Assembly: GCA_051362555.1 (NCBI GenBank)
Contig: CM120640.1
Span: 21,266,001 to 21,330,000 of the forward strand
Direction of reading: 5' to 3'
DNA length: 64,000 bases
Origin: Lingula anatina
Lineage: Eukaryota > Animalia > Brachiopoda
A program made the translations under genes and the position numbers. The notes beneath the pieces were generated by a model. It was not told where the DNA came from. It was given only the letters and a program-made list of their open reading frames with translations, and searched no databases. Positions within the stretch are counted from its first letter, which is position 1. Each line of letters opens with the position of its first letter. Positions 1 to 15,900 of this stretch are shown here, piece by piece.

Positions 1-3658
<3,658 letters not shown>

Positions 3659-4198
3659 TATGACTGGAAATTATTAGATGATTAAGATTTATGCAAATGA
3701 TCATTTTATTTTTCCACAATAACTATTCAAACATCAACAATCATCTTAATCTCAACCTCCTTTCAAAGGCTAACAATCATTCCAATGCATGAGCAAATAA
3801 TCCCTGCAACTTCTCTTCCAATTCCAAAGGCAAATATTAACCATCGTTTTTAATTTACAGGTACTGTAGAATGATCACTTTTTCATCAATATGACAATCT
3901 GATTCAAAGCTAACTGGATCCAAGACATTCAAAAAAGTATTAGACAAGTATGTACGCACCAGTAGGCTGCACCTATCCTACTAGCTCCGCAGACCAAGGC
4001 AGGGATATTTAATTTCTCTGTCAATCGGCCACAACACGGTACGTGTGCCACTGAACAACTGTGAAAGTTGGGTCCAGTCCCCTTTTGAGCCCGTTATTAA
4101 CAAGTTCAAATAATCCCGTTCGGAACAGTTACAAGATCTTTAACAATTAAATGTCCAAGGTGTGTTAAATTCATCAAAATATCATCTCACAGACTTAC

Positions 4199-4451
4199 AG
4201 CAAAAGATGAACATGTGCAGCTTCTAAAATTAGGTCAAGGTTGGCATTATTGTTGACCCAAAGCTGACGCAAATTTATACTTTTGTATACGGTGAAATAG
4301 GATAAGAGTTCTTCTGACTTTAGTATTATCATTTTCCTTTGATATTTCAAAATTTAAGCAATATGTGATCTAGAGAAGATGATTTGCTAAGCGTGTTTTA
4401 TCTCAACCAAAACAAAGTTTTGGGCTTATGTTACAACATACAGTACACCAG
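4199..4451. promoter_or_regulatory. Probable bidirectional promoter and non-coding first exons of PRMT3 (-) and the SOCS-box gene (+)
   Basis: Minus-strand donor GTAAGT at 4193-4198 matches the acceptor just before the PRMT3 ATG (3664-3666). Plus-strand donor GTAAGG at 4452 matches acceptor TTTTACAG at 4817, just before ATG 4819. CpG content is locally raised. Confidence 0.55.
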
Positions 4452-4818
4452 GTAAGGGATTTCCACAACCCTGGGCATTTCCTACACATTTTCTACACAG
4501 TTTCGGTTCGGCACTCCTGTATTGCTACGGTGAGGCTCATGCTTTTTTTTCTCTCAAATATCCCAAGTTTCTTTAGATATTTAACGAATGATATTATTAG
4601 AAGTAAAGTTTAAATAGTAATAACTCAGTACGTTTAACTTTAAAACCAAATTTGTTTGTCTGAATGTGAATGACGCTTTGTTTACATCAATTTACATCAA
4701 TACCAATACAGCTATGGTCAGCTCATAAGGCATGTCAGCATCCATCTTTCTATCTTTTGCTGCTGTGGATACGTCTAATATAAATAGTTATTACACTGTA
4801 CTCATGTTGTTTTACAGA

Positions 4819-6009
4819 ATGAGTGTCTATACTGGAAAGCATCATCTGTCCTGGGTTTGCAAGGTTCCTCTGTCATGCCTGCAGGGGAGGATCTTCCATG
4901 TAGAACTGGTACAACAAGAAAAGTTCAAAGTCACAGAGTATTTATCACCTGCTCCTTTTAGGTGGTGTACTCAAGAGTCACTAATCACAGTAGCTGCAGA
5001 CCTTGGCGAAATTAAAAATACCTTTCTATTTCCTTTGCCACCTTTAGGTGCAAGTGATCGTTGTCTTGACAAATTGGTATGTATAGGAAGCAGAGATAAT
5101 CTTTTGGTTATTCAGTATATGACTGTAAAATGTAAACATATCCAATTTTTGTTGGTTGACACTGCAGCAGGCACTTGTCGACCGTTTCAGGACATTGTGC
5201 ATTATTTCAACAGAGACAATTGCAAGGGTGATGCTGTAGAATGTCATATCAACCCAGAGCAATCAACTGCACTTTTCAGGCTTCCCCAGGGCATTAGAAC
5301 CCCAAAGCATTGGTCCAAAATATTATTGGCTGATCTTTGGAAACGTGACATCAGGACCAGTCCGAAACCAGGCGCTTTGAATGAGGTGACACCTGCACTT
5401 GTCATTACAGATCCAGATGAAGGCTGTTTAAGGGATAGAAGAAGGCAGATGCTAGCTTTTGATCCCAGATCAAGATCAAACTTACTTTTTGTGTTAGTAG
5501 ATGAGTATGGTAATAAATTCAAACTGACTACTTACAATCTATCGGACCACAAAGTTATAAACTGCAGTACTATCAGTGTGGATATTGACAAACAGTCTCA
5601 ATGGTTAACAAGTGATCTGAATTTTAGTCCAAGTGGAGAAGTTGCTGTTGTCACCACATGGTTGTTGTGTGCTGGGCATGGAGTTGATGTTTTTGTGTAT
5701 ATTATAAATCCAGACAGCCTGGAAGTTCTTACAAAAATTCCTGTCTTCCGGGGCTTGGAACTGAAGACCATGAATAGATCACTGCCATATTCAGTCATCA
5801 TGTCAGCAAATGATCGGTCATTTTTTGTGCCAAAAACTATAAGTGTTTCTGCTAGCAAGGCTCATTTTAGGTGCATCTTGCTTCCAAATACTTTGTGCCT
5901 CAAAAGTTTGTGTCGGAAAGTGATATTGACTAATGTGCCAATAAATGCCATAAGACTACTGCCTTTGCCAGATAGCCTGATAACATATCTCATGTTCAAA
6001 TATTTCTAA
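4819..6009 (+). CDS. Uncharacterised 396-aa protein with a C-terminal SOCS box (Elongin BC/Cullin-5 adaptor-like) and a probable beta-rich substrate-binding region
   Basis: Long uninterrupted ORF. The first ATG after the acceptor at 4817 is at 4819. C-terminus 'LCLKSLCRKVILTNVPINAIRLLPLPDSLITYL' fits the BC box plus the LPLP Cul5 box. AATAAA at 6067-6072. Confidence 0.8.
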   Translation: MSVYTGKHHLSWVCKVPLSCLQGRIFHVELVQQEKFKVTEYLSPAPFRWCTQESLITVAADLGEIKNTFLFPLPPLGASDRCLDKLVCIGSRDNLLVIQYMTVKCKHIQFLLVDTAAGTCRPFQDIVHYFNRDNCKGDAVECHINPEQSTALFRLPQGIRTPKHWSKILLADLWKRDIRTSPKPGALNEVTPALVITDPDEGCLRDRRRQMLAFDPRSRSNLLFVLVDEYGNKFKLTTYNLSDHKVINCSTISVDIDKQSQWLTSDLNFSPSGEVAVVTTWLLCAGHGVDVFVYIINPDSLEVLTKIPVFRGLELKTMNRSLPYSVIMSANDRSFFVPKTISVSASKAHFRCILLPNTLCLKSLCRKVILTNVPINAIRLLPLPDSLITYLMFKYF

Positions 6010-6649
6010 ACAATTGTAAGCAAGTTGTCAAGTCAAATATTTGCTGCCTTGTGCTGCATGGATACAAATAAAGTTGTTGATGCATGTACCAGAAAACAAG
6101 ATAATTTTTGTAATATTAGGGAACTGAAGCCCCCTTAATACTGAACAGCATCCTTTCTGCGTCCTTTGCGCAACCATGAAACTAGCACGCTGTGGTCATA
6201 CAAAGGATACACAAGCATATCGCTTTGGTTGCAGAATGAATGCTGAATGATCGGTTAGTTGTCAGCATGTAAAGTATAATTTATTAACTTGCCAATGGGG
6301 CCGTACAGAATGCCATCCAGTGTAAAGGGGGCTTGCACATCTGCATTATAGTCATGACTTGATCTTTATGTGTAGGTTTCAAGACTGGTCTTAAATTTCC
6401 CCAGATTTTCCCAGATTTAGATGAAAAATGTGGAAATGATCCAGACCCCCCCCCCCTCCACTCCAACACACACATGTGCAAACACTCACATAGATGTTGG
6501 TCTCCTCATCACTTTTAGCACCTGGCTATATATGTACCAGCTAGCTGATAATATCACCAGTAAGCGGACTTTGCCATTAACGCTGGGGTTATCTCAAAAT
6601 ATTATCTCTCTAGAATGTGCATGACAGCATCATTTTAAAAATCCCCTTT

Positions 6650-6915
6650 AGCTCGTGACTGGAGGGAATTTGGTAAATATGATCATTTTGATATGAGAAA
6701 AATTTTGAATTTTACAGATCCTGTATTTTTAAGTCATTCCTATTGAGTGGCACTGGTAGCAACAAAATTAACATGCAGGTTACTCTGTTGTTCTATTCTA
6801 TGCAGTAAAAGCACCCCAAATGCTCTATAGAAATATATGTTTTTGTGATCATAAAATTATGTAATTAGAAATTTTGATAATTTTTGCCCTTTGAAAAAAC
6901 TGAGTAATTACTGTA
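6650..6915. mobile_element. Degenerate MITE-like interspersed repeat; second copy at ~58383-58640
   Basis: Shared blocks between the two copies: GAATTTTAC..GAT..CTGTATTTTTAAGTCAT, TTCTATTCTATGCA.TAAAAGCA and ATTTTTGCCC.TT.AAAAA. Confidence 0.6.
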
Positions 6916-6961
6916 TTCACACGTTTTGAAGATGTGTCTTTCAGGTTAAATCAGAAGTAAG

Positions 6962-9900
6962 ATGGCATTACCTAATAAGTTAGCATTTTTTGTGGTGTTG
7001 GTTGTTTTGATGGTTGCTGTTTATGTTGAAGATGTTCAGGGAAAGAAAGGACGAAAGAGGGCAGCAAATACAGGTTAGTTATCTTGAATCTGAGAAATGT
7101 ACAAACTCTGGGATATATCTAGTTACTAAAATATTGGTCACCATAAACCGAATTTCATTGATCACAAAAATACAAGTTGGCATTTTAGAAAACAATTTAA
7201 ATCGGTGTGATTGCTATGAAATTCAGCATTGTTAGGACTTGTTTCATGCTCGATATTGAAAGTGATGTAGTGCAATTACTGGTGTTTTAGTGATCTTAGC
7301 ACAATTAAAATTCATTTCATAAGACAATAGGTTATTAGAGAAAACACCTGACTAAAATGTTATTTTTTGTTATCATAAATAAGCAATAAAGAACAATTTA
7401 TCACTTTAATGAAAGTGTATTCAAATTTCAAGATGTGCAGTCCATAAGTAAACCCCAGAATACAATCAAAGAACAGAAAAATAAAAAAGTCCACCACATA
7501 AAGGGGCATAATGCAAAGAAAAATGAAATAGAAAATAAAAAGAATCAAGAAAAGGGAAGAGATAATCATCCTGGCATTAAAAAAGGTAGGTTTTTATAAT
7601 ATAGAGAATAGTCAATTCTGTTTATAGCCAACTTCTCATATTGCAAAATGTTATCCTGTTTTCCATTCCAATGTACCAAAATTTTCTAGTACATTATAAC
7701 ATTCAAGAAAAGTTTCCTTGCTTGTCTCTTTTACTTAGGTCTGTTCAACACAAAAAAGAAATAAGATATGTTGCCCAATGGCTAACTAATTTCTTTGATA
7801 TAATTATAATTTTATTTATTAATTTTTTATCTTATTCCATTTTTTCTGTCTCAACATATTGTAGTGTATTAGCCTATGTATCGTTTACGCGTCACGCCAG
7901 GTGTCGCATGACACCTGGTACCATGTGACTTGACGCGGGAATCTTGAATGTAATAAAGCAGAACTCACAACAATGGCGACAAGGATGGTCACATTTTATT
8001 ACGTTGAATGATAATTTTACGATTTTAAACAACATGGAGCCTCTATGCTCAAATGAAATTGACAATAGTGGTGAGGAAACACGGATTACACGAATGGAAA
8101 ACGAAATTAGACACTTAAACTCAAAATTTGAAGGACTATGTGAAAATGTTTATAAAATGACAGAAGGATTGCAGAAATTTCAAACAGAATTTATCTCATA
8201 TATGCGACGTGATAATCCATCCTTATTGGAAAATTCAGCTTCACCCTTTACTCATGCTCAGCAAGGACACATTGAGATAAATGATCCTCATGATGGCGAT
8301 GCTCCTCCCGGCTCTGATACTTCAACGGAGTCTTCAACTCATGGTTTAGCTGAGCGAATAAGTTCAAATGCTGATTTTGTACCAGTCCCGGGGCAGCCAG
8401 TTGTCAGTGACCCAACCGTGCCAGCGTACCGTTATGGACGTCAGAATTCTGATCCGAGAGGGCCATATCGACAATTCCGTGAGGATGTACCCACATTCAC
8501 TCCCACGCAAAGATCACAGCCAGTGGACACTCCCCTGTATACTGACGAAAACCGACAACCACCTCCAACAGGTAGGTCATTTCCCATATACAATGAGTCA
8601 CACATTACCTGCCCCCAGCCGCCCACCCGTTTTCAATCATATGATGGAAGTACTAACTTCTATTCATATTACGTAAAATTATGTTGCGTTGCTGAGAGCA
8701 AGGGATGGGGAGTCAAAGAAATCTACGAAATTATGATCAATTCACTAGAAGGTAAAGCCCTTGACGAGTTTGTAAAACTACCACCTAACGAAAGGATGCA
8801 CCTGTACAGTGTTGTAGATACCCTCATGAAATGTTTCGGAAAAACCGAAAATACATCCTTGGCGCGAACAGAACTGGCCGCTATAAAACAAAAAGAAAAC
8901 GAAAGCTATGAGGAATTTGGCTCACGTGTGAGAATTTTAGCGTTGTCTGCCTACCGTGGTACTGGCCTATTTAATCAAATGGCCACTGAATCGTTTTTAC
9001 GTGGGTGTTCAGACAAAGATTTAGTGGAAAAAGTGATGTGCATGAGACCTAGAACATTAGAAGAGGCGGTCGAAAATGCCCGTACGTGTGGCGCAAATAT
9101 GCAAATTCTGGGGCTACGCAATGAAAATTGTAGTAAACAACTGCGCAAAGTTACTTTTAAGGAACCCCAGTCTCCATGTACAGATCATATTGAGCGTCAA
9201 AATCCACCTAATGTGAGTCGCGTTCAGTTTTCACCTCGTAGCTCGAGTCCTAATCGGAGAAAACCATTTCAGTCAAATGATGCAGAGCAGAGGTTGCAAA
9301 ACATTGAATCCTCGTTGTTAGAATTGATTCAGTTATTCCGTCAGTCCGTGAACCAGACACAAAAGGGCAATGACACTCAGTTCAGTACACCCCCCAGGGG
9401 CATCACAAGGTGCTATAATTGCCATGAAATGGGTCACATAAGCACCAATTGTCCCCAGAAAAACAGTGATTCGTTAAACCGCAACAGGTCGCCTGTGCGG
9501 TCCAACAATCGACCTCAGCTGCAGTAGGACCAAATCTGATCCCACACACTGTTTATTGTAATGGCATGGCCAAAGGTGAAAGTTTAGTGGTCCCCATACA
9601 TGTCAATGGAATCAAAACTAACGCTGTTATCGACACAGCAGCGCAAGTGACCATAGTTAGTGACAAGTTGTTATCAGAAATTACTGGAGAAATTACTTAC
9701 GGCGGGTACCATGACATAAAAGGTATACCGCAGATTAACTTACGAGCAAGAGAAATAAAAGGCCTAAAATTAGCAATTGGTTCAGAAGTGTATGAATGGA
9801 CAGTACTTGCTGCTCCTATCCCAGACAATGTTTTATTGGGTTTAGATTTCTTAAAAATGTTTCAGTGTAACATCTGTCTGGAAAACAATTTCATATCGTT

Positions 9901-12900
9901 GGCCAGACCAGATCCTTCAAATAGAAGACGAAACAAAGTTCATGCCTCTATAAGAAAAGGTAGTGACAATTATTTAGTGGCGAATCGTGTCATTTTATCA
10001 AAGAAACTTGCCGTTCCACCGCATTCTGAGAAGTTTGTTCAAGTCCCCTTTGTTGCGGAAAGGAACAAAACATTTTTACTCAACGCCCCTAAATATGATC
10101 AGAAGGGTCTTTCGGTGCCTTATGGGTTGATAAGCACCGATTATACGGATGATTGCCTCAGTTGTTCAATCGCTCTAAGGAATGAGACTGATAAGTCAAT
10201 TACCTTAAAAGCAGGTCATGTGATGGGTGATTTGGAAGAGATTGAGCGTGTACTGGGATATCCTGAGAGTTTTGATAGTTCAAATGTGCACCAGTCTTTC
10301 TCGGTGTTGAAAGTTGATGTGAACTCTAACGATGTGAAGAATAATATTCCTGAACACGTGATTGATTTGTGGAAACGATCTAGTGAGGATTTGTCTGATG
10401 AGCAGTCTCTCAAATTAGGCAATCTTTTGACAAAATACGCCGATGTTTTTTCCAAATCTGAATTTGATATCGGCCATTTTACCAAAATTAAACATAGAAT
10501 TGATACAAACGAAGCAAAGCCTATTAAACAAAGACTGAGACGCACACCTCTGGGTTTTGAACAAGAGGAAAAAGCTACATTAGATAAATTGTTAGCCGCT
10601 GATATTGTGCAACCCTCTTGTTCTGAATGGTCTTCCCCTCCTGTTTTAGTGAGAAAGAAAGACGGCACTTTGAGATATTGCATAGATTTTCGTGCTTTAA
10701 ATAAAGTGACCGTCAAGGATGTGTATCCACTACCACAGATAGACGAATGCTTAGATGTTTTAGCGGGCACTCGATATTTCAGCACTCTTGATATGAACTG
10801 TGCTTATTATCAGGTTGAAGTTGAGGAAAGCTCCCGGCCTAAAACCGCTTTTATGACCAAGTACGGTTTGTTTGAGTTTAAACGACTACCGTTTGGTTTG
10901 ACTAACAGCCCTGCTACTTTCATGCGAGCAGTCAATTCCGTTCTGCATGGTTTGACGTGGAGACAAGTACTCGCTTACTTGGATGATGTTGTTGTGCTTG
11001 GGAACAATTTTGATGATTCTATAGCCAATATTGCACTGGTGTTGGATAGATTCAAAGAAAATGGATTGAAATTAAAACCATCCAAGTGTTCATTACTCAA
11101 AAGGAGTGTTCTCTATTTGGGTAAATTGGTAGATGAGAATGGCATTGCTCCAAATCCTGACAGTATAAAAGCAGTTCAACGTTGGCCACGTCCAAAATGT
11201 AAGAAAGACGTGGAAAGATTTCTTGGTCTAGTTAATTACCATAGAAGTCACATAAAATGTTTTGCTGCTATGTCTGGTGTACTGTATGATTTGACCAAAA
11301 ACAAAAGTGTTTTTAATTGGACTAATGAACACGAAGTTGCATTCAATGACTTGAAACAGGCTTTGGTCCATAGTCCCGTGCTGAGCTTTCCAGACAGTGA
11401 TGGTTTATTTATTTTAGACACGGACGCCAGTGATACTTGTATTGGAGCTGAGCTCATACAGGTGCAAAATGACGCTGAAAAGGTCATTAGTTATGGCAGT
11501 TTTGCTCTCACTCCTAGTCAACGTCGTTATTGCACGACTAAAAAGGAGCTTTTAGCAGTAGTCCGATTTACTCGGCAGTACAGGCACTATCTACTTGGTA
11601 GAAAGTTTGTAATACGGACAGATCATTGCAGTTTGACTTGGATCATGAGTTTTAAATTGCTCAATGGTGTTTTAGCAAGGTGGATGGAGGAATTGGCCCA
11701 GTATGATTTCGAAATTCAGCACCGATCGGGTAAAAACCACAGTAATGCTGATTCGTTGTCACGCATTCCTCTTCAGCACCAAGACTGTAATTACTATGAA
11801 GCTGGTTGTGATGTGACAGAGTTACCTTGTGGAGGCTGTCATCACTGTACCAGGCTTCATGAAGAGTGGGACAGATTTAACAAAGATGTCGATTACATAG
11901 GGCCCCTGTCTCTAAGAAGCGTGAAAACTGTTACACCTGTCGTAGACCCACCCAAGGAAAATACTGGGAATGTTGAATTGTTTGCAAAGTATACAGCAAG
12001 TCAACTCAGAGAAGCGCAATTAAAAGATCCTCACTTATTAAAGGTGATAGGTTGGATTGAGGAAAATGTAAGTCCTTCTCAAGAGGAGTTGCAACTATGC
12101 TCGACAGCTGTGAAATTTTTATGGACCAACTTCAATTTGCTGTCCATGAAAGATGGTGTTTTATATTACAGCAGGTTTGATAAAGGCTTTTTTAACCCTC
12201 TTTTGGTATTACCCAAAGAATTTCAACAGGAAGCCTTATCATTGTGTCATGACCCTGTTATTTCAGGTCATCAAGGGATTGCTCGGACTCTTTCTAAGTT
12301 GAGACAAAGTGTATTTTGGTATGGAATGACTACCGACTGCAAACTGTATGTCAATTCATGTGTGGCCTGTGAAAAAAATAAAAAAGCAAGCAGGAAATTC
12401 AGAGCTGAATTGCAAAATTTCCATGCCGGTGCACCTTTAGAGAGGGTTCACATAGATATTTTAGGACCACTTACTCCCAGTAAAGCAGGGAATAAGTACA
12501 TTTTAGTTGTAGTGTGTCAATTCACTAAATGGGTGGAAGCGTATCCATTACCGGATCAAACTGCAGATACAATTAGCAAAACATTGGTGAACAATTTCAT
12601 TGCTAGGTTTGGTTGTCCAACCATCATACATTCCGACATGGGTGCCAATTTTACAAGTGAATTGTTTAGTAATGTTTGCAGTTTACTGTCTATTAACAAA
12701 ACCCAAACTAGTCCGTACAGGCCGTGTTCAAATGGCGCTGTGGAGCGTCAGAATAGGACTATCATGCAGTGTATACGGTGTTATTTAGAAGGACAGGACA
12801 GTAATTGGGATGAACATTTATCTTTAATTACAAGCGCAATCAGAGCGGTCCCTAACAGACAAACAGGTCTGACCCCAAACATGTTGATGTTTGGAAGGGA

Positions 12901-15900
12901 AACTAGACAGCCCATTGATTTTACGTTTGGTTTAAAATCTATTAAAGGGGATGTTGAACCAAATAGCTATGTCATGCAATTAAAAGAAAAGCTAGAGAGC
13001 GTTCACGAGTTGGCCAGAAAATGTCTCGGCGAGAATTTAAAGACACAAAAAGCGTACTATGACGCAAATGCCAGGCAGACACAATATTGTAAGGGTGACC
13101 TAGTGTATAGATATAATAACATGTCAAAACCCGGTCGTTCAAAGAAATTACAGCCTGTATGGCTCGGTCCCTTCAAAATTATTGAGGTGCTTTCTCCAAT
13201 TTTGTATAAAATAAAAACAAAAAGAAAAGTTGTGGTGGTGCATCATGATCACTTAAAGCCCTGTAAGGGAAGGGGGCCCCTAAAACCCTCAAAAGCTAAA
13301 TGTGTGACTCCTACTAATGTGGGTGATGACCAACCACAAGGTGATAGAACTGTCAAAGATGCTGTTGTTACGAGAAGTGGCAGAACAGTTATACCTCCAA
13401 TACGTTATTGTTGAGAGGAAGACTCAGACTAATGAGGTTATTAACAGATGTGACAGCGATATCCACTACAATACGTTATGCCAAGGACAATTTACTGAGA
13501 TAATGGGACATTTTCTGTGAACTCTATTGACTTTGAACCGAACATTGACTATGTTTTACATACATATATTGGCTACATTATACTGAGCCTGTATTTGCAT
13601 TCAATATTCTATTCATACAAGTGACACAATTATATGTCGTTCACTTTATCAAGGCATTTGTAAAAGTTGTTTGTATTCTGAAGCTGTTTGGATGCACAGT
13701 ACAGTCTTGTGAGTAAAGTGCATGTGTCATGTTGATAATGCAGATTTAGCATAATTAGTAAAGTTCATATGTGCCGTTTATGCAGTAATGTATGCACATT
13801 TATATATAAAAAATATGGGACTTGAAAGTATGCACTGTTTAACACAACATGTTACCTTAGTTATAAGGAAATAATGTATTTATATGTGCCGTTAATATGT
13901 AATGTATATGCACAATTATTATTTACTATGCACAAAAATAGATCTCATTATCATAAACTGTGCTGATGTAAGGCATACAATACATATAACATTGTCATTT
14001 AAAGCAAGGGTTGACTAAGATGCTGTTGATAAAGTGTAATCCGTATGTATGTTAAAGTTATGTCAACAATTGTAATTAATTCACACTTATCTTAATTATC
14101 AGTGGTTTATATATAAGCATGTTTTGAAAATATGATGGGGAGGAATGTAGTGTATTAGCCTATGTATCGTTTACGCGTCACGCCAGGTGTCGCATGACAC
14201 CTGGTACCATGTGACTTGACGCGGGAATCTTGAATGTAATAAAGCAGAACTCACAACAATATAAATAATAATCTCTGGGTATGAATAATTAAAAATTTAA
14301 CAGTCTTTGAATTACTGGATTTTATTTGTACTATTCCAGAAACAGAGGAAAACCCACTGTGACAATGTTAACAAACATACATATACAAAGTAGATATGAA
14401 TCAAAATTTAATGTTAAAAATAGCAGCAATGTTTAGAAGAAATACCTATGCTTTGCAACTATACCATATCTGCCTAATGCCTTTACAAACAATGGTCTCA
14501 ATTTCTTGTCTGCATTGCAGAACAGACACAAAAACCAATACATGACATAGTTGTGAAAAATGAAGAGCAAAAGAAAAATAGAGGAAAAAGGTAAATGCTA
14601 TTCTCTACAAATCGGTAATAATAGATGTCAGACATGTATATAGTATATTTATATACTCTATTGATAACCATTATCAAACAGTTTAGGCATTATTTTGTTT
14701 ATTGATGTCATATGTGATCATGGTTAAAAGCATTTTTGTTAATTAGAATGAAGTAAGTGGTTATTAATGCAGTAAACCTTACTAATGCTATATAAAACAT
14801 TTAAGCTGCATTGGTTGCAAAAACAAAACACTTTAACTCAAATTTATGCATGTTGGCCTATAGTGGTGACAGTTTGCTAAACAGAAAGTTTAAAAATTGA
14901 TCCAGAAAATTTGTCAAGCTACAGTCTTTTAAATAAATGAAGAAGGTTAAATTCTAAAGATGTTCAAACCTATTTTAAATTACTGAACTTATTTTTTGTT
15001 GATATAAAGCCCCATGCAAGAAGAACTTGGAAACTAAGAATTCAACCCATTGTCATAATAACCTGATAGAGCTGATAGACACTGATTTTCCCCATTGGAT
15101 GATATTTTAATTGCTCAAATTTATGATTAAATGAAGTTCCTGATGCATTTCTTATTGAAGTGTTGAAGAAAAAGGCCTAAAGAAGAAAATGAAAGAAAAA
15201 CCAGGAGAGAATCATGTCAAAAGGCAGATAACAGATGCCAAGATACATGATACAAATGGTTTGTAAAAAAAGATGTGAAAATTGGTCTGTTTTTTTTTTT
15301 TTTTCAAAAAAGATATTCCTGTTTCTGTATTTTATTGACAAAGTGATGGTTTGATGAATAAGAATTTATTTTTATTATTAGTTCTTTAAATGAGTTATCA
15401 TATTTTAACTTTTTTGGATTATTAAATGAAAACTTGTGAAAATTTTATAGTCGTTCAGAAGCAGAAAAAATAATTTTTCATATTAATGAATGAGTATTCA
15501 ATTTTTAAGGTGCACAGCCCATAAGTAAACCTCAGAACACAATCAAAGAACAGAAAGATCAAAAAGCCCACCACATTAAGGGTCAAGATGCAAAGAAAAA
15601 TGAGAACAAAAAAAAGAAGGAAAAAAGAAGAGCTAAACATCCTGGTGGGTTTTTGTAATATGATAATTAAGGGTTAACTGAATTTAAAACCAATTTCTCA
15701 TATTACAAACAGGCTAATCTGTTTTCAGTTCTGATGTAGCAGAATTCCTTAGAATATGTATAATATTCAAAGTAAGTTTCCTTGCTCATTGCTTTTTAAT
15801 TACTGTTCAACACTAGCAAAAGAACATTGATGTTTCATACTTTCATTATTATTATATTATTATCTATTTTCATTTATTCTATTTTGCTTTATTGATGTTT

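Larger units (their letters stand above)
7860..14258 (+). mobile_element. Full-length Ty3/Gypsy LTR retrotransposon (Mag-like), inserted in sense orientation in cGLR intron 2
   Basis: Identical 113-bp TG...CA LTRs. 4-bp TSD ATAT (7856-7859 and 14259-14262). PBS, PPT, and intact gag and pol in PR-RT-RH-IN order. Confidence 0.98.

Noticed and set aside
4732-4818. N-terminal 29 aa of the 425-aa ORF
   Set aside because: It lies upstream of a strong acceptor at 4817 and is probably intronic. ATG 4819 is the likelier start.
7360-7569. Hydrophobic minus-strand ORFs here and at 15455-15640 that look like small membrane proteins
   Set aside because: They are the antisense shadows of the A-rich, Lys-coding cGLR exons.
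7944-8033. ORF-track start of gag
   Set aside because: It starts at a TTG inside the LTR and runs through the PBS. The first ATG is at 8034.
13415-14133. Possible env or third ORF in the Gypsy element
   Set aside because: AT-rich with no long ORF; only a short ATATGTGCCGTT duplication. Treated as 3' UTR.
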